Shown piece after piece: positions 22,082 through 31,480 of a stretch of 64,000 bases of DNA. Every line of letters begins with the position of its first letter. Within the stretch, counting starts at the first letter, position 1. This stretch comes from an uncultured Chloroflexia bacterium (GTDB taxonomy: Bacteria; Chloroflexota; Anaerolineae; CG2-30-64-16), in contig CAWEMM010000006.1 of NCBI GenBank assembly GCA_963810095.1, positions 288,001-352,000 of the forward strand, in the 5' to 3' direction. The notes beneath the pieces are model-generated. The model saw only the letters and a program-made list of their open reading frames with translations. It made no database searches and had not been told where the DNA came from. Position numbers and translations under genes: made by a program.

Positions 22082-24847
22082 ATGACCAGTTTCGAAATGC
22101 CGAAGACCTACGATCCCAGCGCATCCGAGCGCCGGATCTACGATTGGTGGGAGTCATCGGGCTTTTTCAAGCCGGAGATAGCGCCGGCCGACGCCAAGCC
22201 GTTCGTGATCTCCATCCCGCCGCCGAACATTACGGGCGAACTGCACCTGGGCCACGTGATGTTCGTGTCACTCGAGGACCTGATGATCCGGTACAAGCGC
22301 ATGCGCGGTTATGCCGCCTTGTGGGTGCCGGGCTACGACCACGCGGGCATCGCGACGCAGCTCCAGGTGGAGAAGATGCTGAGCCGTGAGGGGCTGCGCC
22401 GGCAGGACATCGGCCGCGCCGAGTTCCTGCGGCGGACGTGGGAGTGGAAGGACAAGTACGGCGACCACATCGTGCGTCAACTGCGGCGACTCGGCGCGTC
22501 CTGCGACTGGGACCGGATGCGCTTCACGATGGATGAGGGCCTCAGCCGCGCCGTGCGCGAGGCGTTCGTGCGGCTCTACCGCATGGGGCTGATCTACCGC
22601 GGGGAGTATCTGATCAACTGGTCGCCGGGCCTGCAAACCGCGGTCAGCGATCTCGAGGTGGAGTACAGCGAGGAAGAGGCGACCCTCTACTATTTCAAGT
22701 ACCCGATTGCCGGCGCCAACCTCGACGACGGGCCGGGCAAGGGCTACATTCCGGTGGCGACCACCCGGCCCGAGACCATCCTGGGCGACACCGCGGTGGC
22801 CGTGCATCCCGACGACGAACGCTACAAGCACCTGATCGGCGCCACCTGCCTGGTGCCCCTTCTCAAGCGCACAATCCCGGTGATCCATGATACTTACGTA
22901 GACATGGGGTTCGGCACGGGCGCGCTCAAGATCACCCCGGGACACGACCCGAACGACTTCGAGATCGGCCAGCGCCACGGCCTGCAAATCATCGGCATGC
23001 TCGACAAAGACGCGAAGGTGAACGCGGCCGGCGGTCCTTATGCCGGCATGGACCGCTTTGAAGCGCGCAAGAAACTGTGGGCCGACATGGAAGCAGCGGG
23101 CCTCACCATCAAGACCGAGGCGTATCGGACCCAGGTGCCCCGGTCGCAGCGTGGCGGCGAAATCGTCGAGCCGATGGTCAGCACGCAGTGGTTCGTGAAG
23201 ATCAAGCCGATGGCCGACATGGGCCTCGAGGCCGTGCGCTCTGGCCGGATCGAGATCATCCCGGAGCGCTTCACGAAGGTGTACTATAACTGGCTGGAGA
23301 ACATCCGCGACTGGTGCATCAGCCGGCAGCTGTGGTGGGGCCACCGCATCCCGGCCTGGCACTGCGCGGACTGCGGCCACACCACCGTGGCCAAGACCGA
23401 CCCCGACCGGTGCGAGAACTGCGGTTCGGCCCACATCGAGCAGGACCCCGACGTGCTGGACACCTGGTTCTCGTCTGGCCTGTGGCCCTTCTCGACGCTC
23501 GGCTGGCCCGACGACACGCCGGACCTGCGCCGTTTCTACCCCACGACGGTCATGGAGACAGGCTACGACATCCTGTTCTTCTGGGTGGCGCGCATGATCA
23601 TGCAAGGGCTGCTGTACACCAATGACATCCCCTTCGAGACGGTGTATCTGCACGGGATGGTGCGCGACGACCAGGGCCGCAAGATGTCGAAGACGACCGG
23701 CAACGTGCTCGATCCGATCGCCTTGCTCGACGGCGCGGCTCGCGACGAGCTCGGCGACTACCTCCAGCGCCAGTATCCGGAAGGCATCCCGGCCATGGGG
23801 GCAGACGCGCTTCGCTTCACGCTGCTAACGGGATCGGCGCCCGGCGCAGACATGAACCTCAGCCTGCAGCGGGTGGAAGGCAACCGGAACTTCACGAACA
23901 AGATCTGGAATGCGACCCGCTACATCCTGTCGCAGCTGGGCGAGCGCCCGCCGACGGACATCGATCTGGAACACGAAACCCTCGATCTCCCCGAACGCTG
24001 GATCCTGAGCCGCCTGTCGGATACCCTCGCGGACGCGACCCGGCTGATGGACACGTTTCAGTTCGGCGAGGCTGGCCGGCAAATCTACGACTTCTTCTGG
24101 AGCGAGTTCTGCGACTGGTATCTCGAAATCAGCAAGATCGCGATCTACCGCGGCTCGCTCGAGGCCAAGGCGCGCACCCAGGCCGTGCTGGTCAAGGTGT
24201 TGGACGAGTCCTTGCGGATGCTGCATCCCTTCATCCCATACGTGACGGAAGAGACGTGGGGGTATCTGAAGCAGGCCTGCGCGGGTGGGGCCGGGGAGGG
24301 CGCGGCCGGCGCGGCCGCCTGGCCGGCCGGTCTCATCGTCGCGCCCTGGCCCACGACCGCGCGCAGCGATGACGCGGCCGAGTCGGAGATGGGCTTGATC
24401 ATGGACATGGTCCGGGCGATCCGCAATGCGCGGGCCGAGTACGACGTCAAACCCGGCCAGCAGCTTCACGCAAGCATCTCGGCCGGCGACCGGGCGCCGC
24501 AGCTCAAGGCCAACGCCGAAATCCTGTGCACGCTCGCCCGGCTCGATCCGGCGCAGCTCACCGTGGCCGAGCGGCTGGAAGCGCCCGCCCAGGCGCTGAC
24601 GCTGGTGACGGGTGCGGTGACAACCTACTTGCCCCTGGCCGATCTGATCGACTTTGAGGCAGAACGGCGGCGGCTCGCGAAGGAGTTGGAAGAGACAGAA
24701 TCCCAGCTCGTGCGCACCCGCGGGCTGCTCGACGGGCCGTTTGCCCAGCGCGCGCCGGCGAACGTGGTCCAGCGGGAGCGGGAGAAACTCGGCGAGCTCG
24801 AGGGACGCGCGCTCCGGCTGCGCGAGCGACTGGCAGACTTAACGTAA
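22082..24847 (+). CDS. valS: valine--tRNA ligase
   Basis: PPPNITGELHLGH, DHAGIATQ, DWCISRQLWWGH, DVLDTWFSS, KMSKT; C-terminal coiled coil. Confidence 0.98.
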   Translation: MTSFEMPKTYDPSASERRIYDWWESSGFFKPEIAPADAKPFVISIPPPNITGELHLGHVMFVSLEDLMIRYKRMRGYAALWVPGYDHAGIATQLQVEKMLSREGLRRQDIGRAEFLRRTWEWKDKYGDHIVRQLRRLGASCDWDRMRFTMDEGLSRAVREAFVRLYRMGLIYRGEYLINWSPGLQTAVSDLEVEYSEEEATLYYFKYPIAGANLDDGPGKGYIPVATTRPETILGDTAVAVHPDDERYKHLIGATCLVPLLKRTIPVIHDTYVDMGFGTGALKITPGHDPNDFEIGQRHGLQIIGMLDKDAKVNAAGGPYAGMDRFEARKKLWADMEAAGLTIKTEAYRTQVPRSQRGGEIVEPMVSTQWFVKIKPMADMGLEAVRSGRIEIIPERFTKVYYNWLENIRDWCISRQLWWGHRIPAWHCADCGHTTVAKTDPDRCENCGSAHIEQDPDVLDTWFSSGLWPFSTLGWPDDTPDLRRFYPTTVMETGYDILFFWVARMIMQGLLYTNDIPFETVYLHGMVRDDQGRKMSKTTGNVLDPIALLDGAARDELGDYLQRQYPEGIPAMGADALRFTLLTGSAPGADMNLSLQRVEGNRNFTNKIWNATRYILSQLGERPPTDIDLEHETLDLPERWILSRLSDTLADATRLMDTFQFGEAGRQIYDFFWSEFCDWYLEISKIAIYRGSLEAKARTQAVLVKVLDESLRMLHPFIPYVTEETWGYLKQACAGGAGEGAAGAAAWPAGLIVAPWPTTARSDDAAESEMGLIMDMVRAIRNARAEYDVKPGQQLHASISAGDRAPQLKANAEILCTLARLDPAQLTVAERLEAPAQALTLVTGAVTTYLPLADLIDFEAERRRLAKELEETESQLVRTRGLLDGPFAQRAPANVVQREREKLGELEGRALRLRERLADLT

Positions 24848-24863
24848 GGCGGAAGCTAAACGC

Positions 24864-24959
24864 AACCACAAAGGCACCAAGACACGAAGGCTCCCAAAGG
24901 CGAGCGGCCGGCCGTCGGCGAGAGCTGTGCGTGACCTTGTGTCTTGATGCCTTTGTGGT
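24864..24959. repeat. REP-like repeat family A
   Basis: ACCACAAAGGCACCAAGACAC ... GTGTCTTGATGCCTTTGTGGT. Confidence 0.8.
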
Positions 24960-25045
24960 GAGCAGCGCGCTGCGGCGAGCAGGCCGCGCAACTATTTGGG
25001 CCATCTTCGAATTTTCTATCCGACTCGGTACTTCCGCACAAAAAA

Positions 25046-25061
25046 TGTGACGTCTTTCACA
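25046..25061. promoter_or_regulatory. CRP/FNR-family binding site
   Basis: perfect TGTGA-N6-TCACA with an A-tract on its 5' side, upstream of the cytochrome locus. Confidence 0.65.
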
Positions 25062-25386
25062 TGATGAAGATCATAGACTTGTGACGCCGATATGCGTAAC
25101 ATAGGGATGTAAGACAGGCGTATCAATCAGCGACTCATCGCGCATCGCACTTTCATCGCAGCAGCTCCGGTACGCCTGATCTTGAACTTCAGGCGTCTCC
25201 ACGCCTGGACGATGTCCCTGGTAACGAGAGGCTCGCTTCCCCCGTTTCATTACGGAAGCGCTCTTTCGCGCCAGGGACTTTTACTGTTATCCTTACAGGT
25301 GTCACGGTCGGGTTTTCCACGTAGATCAGGCGCGCGTCCGTGACCTTTGCATCGAACAAGATGTCATCGCGAGGAGCAATAGCTGA

Positions 25387-25648
25387 ATGAGCGAACCGAT
25401 CGTGACGATTAGTGGGCAACGCGTCTGATCCACGGGGCCAAACCCCCGAAGCAGGCACTTCCTCTGAGCGGGGCGAACCAATCGACACGCAGGGCCGGCC
25501 CGTCTGGCTGACGGAAATGTCGCCCAGCGGCTGGGCAAGCGGCGGCAACGAGGAGACCTTCGAAGCCGGGCTGCCGTTCCTGGCCGGCCTGGTCGTCGTC
25601 GTCGCGCTTGTCGTCACCGTGCTCCTGATCCTGACTCGCCGCCGCTGA
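25387..25648 (+). CDS. small tail-anchored membrane protein (probable frameshift near 25415)
   Basis: GAGGAG RBS before ATG 25387; ORF 25412-25648 ends in LPFLAGLVVVVALVVTVLLILT-RRR. Confidence 0.5.
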
Positions 25649-25812
25649 TCGTCTATCTCTGCAACGCTTCGTGAAAAAATACACCGCATAAACCATGACG
25701 AGCGTCATATAGTGCGCAAAGTTACAGGGCTTATAATGCATGTCTGCGACTTTCTGCACTATTTCACCATGCCGTAGTGCCATCTGAAGAACCATACGGA
25801 GGAGTAACCACG

Positions 25813-26913
25813 ATGACCCTTGCTTGCCCAGGCAGGCATCCCGTCCGGTGGTTGATCGTAGCGGGGCTGGCCGCCCTGCTTTTTGCCGCACTTGCCGCGG
25901 GCGCCAGCGCTCAAGCGGAAGGCGGGGATAACGCCACCTGTCTCGGCTGCCACTCGAACCCCGGGTTGAGCGTTGAGCTCGCCAGCGGTGAGACACTGCC
26001 GCTCACTGTGGATCCCCAGGTGTATCACTCATCTGTCCACGCAAACCTGACGTGTACGTCGTGCCATACGAACATCTCGGGTTACCCGCATCCCAAGCTG
26101 ACCGCGGGCGACCGCCGCTCGTTCCAACTCGAGCGCTACCAGCAGTGCAAGACCTGTCACCAGGACCAGTACATGCAGTCGCTGGACAGCAACCACGCTC
26201 GGGCACTTGCCGCGGGTAATCGGACCGCGGCAATCTGCACGGACTGCCACGGCGCACATAACGTCACCAAACCGGACCAGCCGCGCCAAAAGGTCTCCGA
26301 GACCTGCAAGAAGTGCCATAGCGTCATCCAGGACCAGTACGCGCACAGCGTCCACGGTGCGGCTCTCACAGACAACAGCAATCCCGACGTACCCGTCTGC
26401 ACCGACTGCCATGGCGCACACACGCAGGAAGACCCCACCACCGCCGCCTTCCGGCTCAAGTCGCCCAACATTTGCGGCGGCTGCCATGGCAATGCAGCCA
26501 TGATGCAGAAGTACGGCATTTCGACCGATGTCTTCAACACCTACGTGGCCGACTTCCACGGCACCACGGTCACGTTGTTTGAGAAGCAGCATCCGGATCA
26601 GCAGACCAACAAGGCCGTCTGCACCGACTGCCACGGCGTCCACAACATCCTCCCGGTCACCGATCAAAACGCGACGGTGGTCAAGGAGAACCTGCTGGCG
26701 ACGTGCAAGCGCTGCCATCCGGACGCGACGGCCAACTTCCCGAGCAGCTGGGTCGGCCACTTCCAGCCCAGCCGCACGAACCAGCCCTTGGTCTACTACG
26801 TGAACCTTTTCTATAAACTCCTGATTCCGGCCGTAATCGGCGGCATGGCGCTGTTCGTCGGTCTCGACGCAGTGAGCCGAATCGTCCGCCGCGTGCGGCG
26901 AAAGGGGGCGTGA
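25813..26913 (+). CDS. membrane-anchored nonaheme cytochrome c (CbcL c-domain-like)
   Basis: signal peptide, 9 CxxCH motifs, C-terminal TM. Confidence 0.9.
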   Translation: MTLACPGRHPVRWLIVAGLAALLFAALAAGASAQAEGGDNATCLGCHSNPGLSVELASGETLPLTVDPQVYHSSVHANLTCTSCHTNISGYPHPKLTAGDRRSFQLERYQQCKTCHQDQYMQSLDSNHARALAAGNRTAAICTDCHGAHNVTKPDQPRQKVSETCKKCHSVIQDQYAHSVHGAALTDNSNPDVPVCTDCHGAHTQEDPTTAAFRLKSPNICGGCHGNAAMMQKYGISTDVFNTYVADFHGTTVTLFEKQHPDQQTNKAVCTDCHGVHNILPVTDQNATVVKENLLATCKRCHPDATANFPSSWVGHFQPSRTNQPLVYYVNLFYKLLIPAVIGGMALFVGLDAVSRIVRRVRRKGA

Positions 26914-26916
26914 TCC

Positions 26917-28602
26917 ATGGCGACCGCACAGACGACTGACAATCACGTCCCAAGCAAGACCTACTTCGAGCGTTTCACGCTGGCGCAGCGGATCGAGCAC
27001 ATCGTGCTGCTCGCCTCCTTTACCGCGCTGGCGCTCACCGGCCTCCCCCAGAAGTTCGCAGGGAACGCTGTTGCCGATACCCTCATCGCCTGGATGGGCG
27101 GGATCGAGGCGGTGCGCATCATCCACCGCATCGCCGCGGTGACCATCGTGCTGATGAGCGTGTATCACGTCATTGTCCTGGGCTACAAGATCTGGGTGCG
27201 CCGCGTCGAGATGACGATGCTGCCCGGCCTGAAAGACCTGACGGACGCACTCGACCTGGTGCTCTACAACCTGGGGCTCAACAAGTCACACCCCCGCATG
27301 CCGCGGTACAACTTCGGTGAGAAGGTCGAGTATTGGGCCATGGTGTGGGGCACGGTGGTCATGGCAATCACCGGGTTCATGCTGTGGAACCCCATCTCGA
27401 CCACTCGCTACCTGCCCGGCCAGGTTATCCCGGCCGCGAAGGCAGCACACGGCGGCGAGGCCGTGCTTGCCGTGCTGGCGATCCTCATCTGGCACTTCTA
27501 TAACGTGCACGTAAAGAGCCTGAACAAGAGCATGTTCAACGGCAAGATGTCGAAGCACCAGATGGAAGAAGAGCACGGCCACGAGCTGGAACAACGGCTG
27601 GCCGGCGAGACCCGACCCGCGCCGGATCCGGCGGGCGTGCGGCGCCGCGAGCGCATCTACCTGCCCGTTGCCATCGTGTTGGCGTTGATCGGCATCTTTG
27701 CCGTCTACCAGTTCGCCACCTTCGAGCAAACCGCGATTGCGACGCTGCCCGCGCCGATCGAGCGCCAGGAGGTCTTCACACCTCTCACGCCGACACCCGG
27801 CCCGAGCTTGACGCAGGTCGCGGCTGCGCTGATCCCGCACCCGATCAAGGGCCAGGAGCAGTGTGACACGTGCCACGGCCCGAACGGGATGAAGCCTTTC
27901 CCGGCGGATCACGCGGGCCGGCCAAACGAGTCGTGCACCGTCTGCCACCAGCCGGGTCCGACGCCAACGCCGGGCGCGGCCACGGAAACGGGCGGCCAAG
28001 CCGGCGTGCCAGCGGCCATCCCGCATCCGATCGAAGGCGATACCTACAAGGATTGCACGACGTGCCACGGCGAGGGCAAGATCAAGCCGTTCCCGGCCAA
28101 TCACACGTCCTTCCCCGTCGATTCGTGCACGGGCTGCCATAAGCCGGCCGCCAGCGGCGCGGCAACGCCAGAAGCTGCGGCTTCGCCGGCCGCGGGTGCT
28201 ACGGCAACGAGCGGCCAGGCCGCCGGTCCGGCCGCCATCCCGCATCCCATCGAAGGCGACATGTACAAGGACTGCACGACGTGCCACGGCGAAGGCAAGC
28301 TGAAGCCGTACCCGGCGAACCACACGTCGTTCACGGTGGATCAGTGCACGAGCTGCCACAAGCCGGCCGACACAACCGGGGCCACGGGCAGTAGCGGTTC
28401 GACCGGCGGTTCGACCGGCGGGACGAGCGGCGGCGCAGCGGCTGCGGCGCCCGTCATCCCGGCCAACCACGACCTGACCAGCCCGCTGTTCAAGGACTGC
28501 ACGACCTGCCACGGCGAGGGCAAGCTGAAGCCATTCCCGGCGAACCACGCAAGCTTCACCGTGGAGCAGTGCCAGACTTGCCATAAGCCGGCGGCGCAGT
28601 AG
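26917..28602 (+). CDS. cytochrome b (FdnI/HydC-like) fused to four diheme cytochrome c repeats
   Basis: RF...QRIEH, TGLPQKF, IIHR, RYNFGEKVEYW, AHGGEA.LAVLAILIWHFY; then 8 CxxCH in four IPH/IPANH repeats. Confidence 0.9.
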   Translation: MATAQTTDNHVPSKTYFERFTLAQRIEHIVLLASFTALALTGLPQKFAGNAVADTLIAWMGGIEAVRIIHRIAAVTIVLMSVYHVIVLGYKIWVRRVEMTMLPGLKDLTDALDLVLYNLGLNKSHPRMPRYNFGEKVEYWAMVWGTVVMAITGFMLWNPISTTRYLPGQVIPAAKAAHGGEAVLAVLAILIWHFYNVHVKSLNKSMFNGKMSKHQMEEEHGHELEQRLAGETRPAPDPAGVRRRERIYLPVAIVLALIGIFAVYQFATFEQTAIATLPAPIERQEVFTPLTPTPGPSLTQVAAALIPHPIKGQEQCDTCHGPNGMKPFPADHAGRPNESCTVCHQPGPTPTPGAATETGGQAGVPAAIPHPIEGDTYKDCTTCHGEGKIKPFPANHTSFPVDSCTGCHKPAASGAATPEAAASPAAGATATSGQAAGPAAIPHPIEGDMYKDCTTCHGEGKLKPYPANHTSFTVDQCTSCHKPADTTGATGSSGSTGGSTGGTSGGAAAAAPVIPANHDLTSPLFKDCTTCHGEGKLKPFPANHASFTVEQCQTCHKPAAQ

Positions 28603-28617
28603 GCGCGATAAGCAATA

Positions 28618-28703
28618 AGACCTGGTTTCTTCACGAAACCAGGTCTCCGGCAGACGATGATAAGAACCAGGTTCCTCTCGCCAATGGCGCCGAGAGGAAC
28701 CTG
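28618..28703. repeat. tandem palindromes of family B, probably acting as terminator between convergent genes
   Basis: AGACCTGGTTTC/GAAACCAGGTCT (28618-28646) and CAGGTTCCTCTCG/CGAGAGGAACCTG (28668-28703). Confidence 0.75.
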
Positions 28704-28716
28704 TTTTGTTTTTGGC

Positions 28717-29745
28717 CTATGGCAGGATCACGGTTCGCACCTCGCCGCCCCAGCGCTCGAGCGCATCGAGCGTCGCGTTGACCCGCCCGGCCTCCAGCGG
28801 CACGGTCTGCGTCACCACGTGCGACAGGTTCAGCACGCCCCGCCGTGCAAAATCCATCAGCAGCGGGAACTCCTGCAGCAGGTGATCGGACACGCCGACG
28901 ATCTCCGCCTCCCGGCCGATGACCTCCTGGTACGAATCCACCTCGAACGGCTTGCGCGTGATGCCCGCCAGCGCCGCGCGGCCCTGCACAGCCAGCACCT
29001 GTACGGCCTGGCGCATCGTGAGGGGCAGGCCGATCAGCTCCAGGCTGACGTCGACCCCCCGCCCGCCGGTCAGCTGGCGCACCAGCTCGACCGGGTCGGC
29101 GCCCGCGGCATCGACCGGGATTGCGCCGAAGCTGGCCGCGAGGACGAGCTTCTCCCGGTTCAGGTCGACCGCATATACCTCGGCGGCGCCAAGTCCCTTG
29201 GCCAACTGGATGGCCGACATGCCAAGCCCGCCCGCACCGAACACCGCGACCGTCTCGCCTGGCTGCAGCCTTGCCTTGCGCAGCGCGTGAAATGAGGTCG
29301 ACGACGAGCACATCATAATCGCGCCCGCCTCGAACGAGACCTGCTCGGGCAGGGGCACGATGCCCCGCTCGGGGACGGCGATGTACTCCGCATAGCCCCC
29401 GTCGCGGTGCTTCCCCAGCATCTTGCCCGTCTCGCAGAATTGCTCCTGCCCGCGGTTGCAGTGCTGGCACTGCCCGCAGGTGACCAGGTAATGGAGCGCG
29501 ACGCGATCGCCGATGCGGGTGCGCGTCGTACCGGGCCCGAGCGCTTCGACGATGCCCGCAACCTCGTGGCCGAGCGTGAGGGGCAGCGGCCCCGCGTAAG
29601 ACGCACCGCCGCGATAGTGCGCGTCGGAGTGGCAAATGCCTGCTGCCTTAATGCGCACGAGCACTTCGCCGTGCTCTGGTGTGGGCGTCGGAGTTTCCTG
29701 GTCCTCCAGCGGTTTGCCAATTTCAGTTAGTCGAACTGCTTTCAA
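28717..29745 (-). CDS. zinc-dependent alcohol dehydrogenase (MDR family)
   Basis: GICHSD, LGHE, CGQCQHC...C, GAGGLG. Confidence 0.93.
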   Translation of the reverse strand: MKAVRLTEIGKPLEDQETPTPTPEHGEVLVRIKAAGICHSDAHYRGGASYAGPLPLTLGHEVAGIVEALGPGTTRTRIGDRVALHYLVTCGQCQHCNRGQEQFCETGKMLGKHRDGGYAEYIAVPERGIVPLPEQVSFEAGAIMMCSSSTSFHALRKARLQPGETVAVFGAGGLGMSAIQLAKGLGAAEVYAVDLNREKLVLAASFGAIPVDAAGADPVELVRQLTGGRGVDVSLELIGLPLTMRQAVQVLAVQGRAALAGITRKPFEVDSYQEVIGREAEIVGVSDHLLQEFPLLMDFARRGVLNLSHVVTQTVPLEAGRVNATLDALERWGGEVRTVILP

Positions 29746-29767
29746 GATTCAATCCTCCATGTTATCT

Positions 29768-29796
29768 TTGAACGGGTGCAAGGCCCATGATATAAT
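29768..29796 (+). promoter_or_regulatory. putative sigma70 promoter for melA
   Basis: TTGAAC-17 bp-TATAAT with extended TG. Confidence 0.6.
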
Positions 29797-29807
29797 AGGG
29801 GGAAATC

Positions 29808-29944
29808 TACCACAAAGACACCAGGACGCGAAGGTCAGGCGTGCCAGAAACCCGGTCTCAACCGCCAGCTTCGCCGGCGCAGAAGACCCGGTTTCTTTGT
29901 CGTTCGTACGTCGTTCAGCTTCGTGTCTTGGTGTCTTTGTGGCA
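29808..29944. repeat. composite REP-like repeat (family A arms enclosing a family B palindrome)
   Basis: CCACAAAGACACCAGGAC / GTCTTGGTGTCTTTGTGG around AGAAACCCGGTCT...AGACCCGGTTTCT. Confidence 0.8.
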
Positions 29945-29974
29945 AGTACACCTTTCCCGCGATGAGGACTTCCC

Positions 29975-31402
29975 ATGCCCAAGATCACCCTTATCGGCGC
30001 CGGCAGCACGGTCTTCGCCAAGAACCTCCTTGGCGACATCCTGGCCTACCCGGAACTTGGCGACGCGACGATTGCGCTGCACGACATCGATCCGCAGCGC
30101 CTGAACACCACCAAGAATGTGGCGGAACGGCTGGCCCAGGGCCGCGGCGCGCACCCCCGGATCGAAACCCACCTCGATCGCTGCGCCGCGCTCGAAGGCG
30201 CCGACTACGCCATCTCCATGTTCCAGATCGGCGGCTACCGCCCGTCGACCGTCGTCGACTTTGAAATCCCGAAGAAGTATGGCCTGCGGCAGACGATCGG
30301 GGACACGCTCGGCATCGGCGGGATCATGCGCGGCCTGCGCACCATCCCCGTATTCCTCGATATTGCCCGGGACATGGAGCAGGTGTGCCCGGATGCATGG
30401 CTGCTGAATTACGTGAACCCCATGGCAATCATTACGTGGGCCATCCAAAAGGCGACGAAGATCAAGAACGTCGGGCTGTGTCACAGCGTGCAAGGGACGG
30501 CGGAACACCTGGCGGAAGACATCAACGTGCCGGTGGACGAAATACGCTACACCTGTGCGGGCATCAACCACATGGCCTTCTACCTGAACTTCTGGCGCCG
30601 TACGCCCGACGGCGGCGTGGAAGACCTCTACCCGCGCATCCACCAGGTCGTCGAAGAGGGCCGCGTCCCGGAACACAACCGCGTGCGTTACGAGATGCTA
30701 AAGCGGCTGGGTTACTTCGTGACCGAGTCGAGCGAGCACTTTGCCGAGTACGTGCCGTGGTTCATCAAGCGCGACCGGCCCGACCTGATCGAGAAGTTCA
30801 ACATCCCGCTGGACGAGTACCTGCAGCGCTGCGAGTTTCAGATCGCAGGCTGGGAGTTCGTCCGCAAGCAGATGGAGAATCCCGCTGCCATCACCGATGC
30901 CGACATCCAGGCCTTTATCGATTTCATTCGCAGCCAGCCGGTCACTTCGGAGAAAATGGTCGAGGGTGCGATCGAGCAGGTGCTGGAGTTTGACAAGCCC
31001 AAGAAGAGCATGGAGTACGGATCGGGGATCATCCACAGCATCGAGACGAACACACCCCGGGTGATCTACGGCAATGTGCTCAATCACGGGCTGATCGACA
31101 ACCTGCCGCAAGGGTGCGCCGTGGAAGTGCCGTGCCTCGTCGACGCCAACGGGGTCCAGCCGACCCGGATCGGCGCGCTGCCCACCCACCTGGCCGCCTT
31201 GATGCGCACGCAGATTAACGTGCAGGAGCTGACCGTCGAAGCCGCGCTGACGGGCAAGCGCGAGGCCGTCTACCATGCGGCCATGCTCGACCCGCACACG
31301 GCCGCCGAGCTGGACCTGGATCAGATCTGGCATCTTGTGGATGACCTGATCGAAGCCCACGGCGACTGGCTGCCTGCGCTGAGTAAATGGCACGCAGATT
31401 GA
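29975..31402 (+). CDS. melA: NAD+-dependent alpha-galactosidase, GH4
   Basis: [60 protein letters not shown]. Confidence 0.93.
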   Translation: MPKITLIGAGSTVFAKNLLGDILAYPELGDATIALHDIDPQRLNTTKNVAERLAQGRGAHPRIETHLDRCAALEGADYAISMFQIGGYRPSTVVDFEIPKKYGLRQTIGDTLGIGGIMRGLRTIPVFLDIARDMEQVCPDAWLLNYVNPMAIITWAIQKATKIKNVGLCHSVQGTAEHLAEDINVPVDEIRYTCAGINHMAFYLNFWRRTPDGGVEDLYPRIHQVVEEGRVPEHNRVRYEMLKRLGYFVTESSEHFAEYVPWFIKRDRPDLIEKFNIPLDEYLQRCEFQIAGWEFVRKQMENPAAITDADIQAFIDFIRSQPVTSEKMVEGAIEQVLEFDKPKKSMEYGSGIIHSIETNTPRVIYGNVLNHGLIDNLPQGCAVEVPCLVDANGVQPTRIGALPTHLAALMRTQINVQELTVEAALTGKREAVYHAAMLDPHTAAELDLDQIWHLVDDLIEAHGDWLPALSKWHAD

Positions 31403-31473
31403 ACTGATTGAACTGGTCCTCATGCTCTTTGCCGACGGGATCATCGAATCAGTCAGATCAGTTCAATCTGCGT
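31392..31473. repeat. 17-bp perfect inverted repeat overlapping the melA stop
   Basis: ACGCAGATTGAACTGAT (31392-31408) / ATCAGTTCAATCTGCGT (31457-31473). Confidence 0.8.
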
Positions 31474-31480
31474 CCTGTCG

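Noticed and set aside
25160-25345. 6S RNA
   Set aside because: Long stems are present but I could not identify the conserved central-bubble flanks; kept only as an unassigned structure.
25668-25770. Rex operator-like sequences upstream of the nonaheme cytochrome
   Set aside because: Best matches have 3-4 mismatches to TTGTGAA-N4-TTCACAA; not supportable without a profile search.
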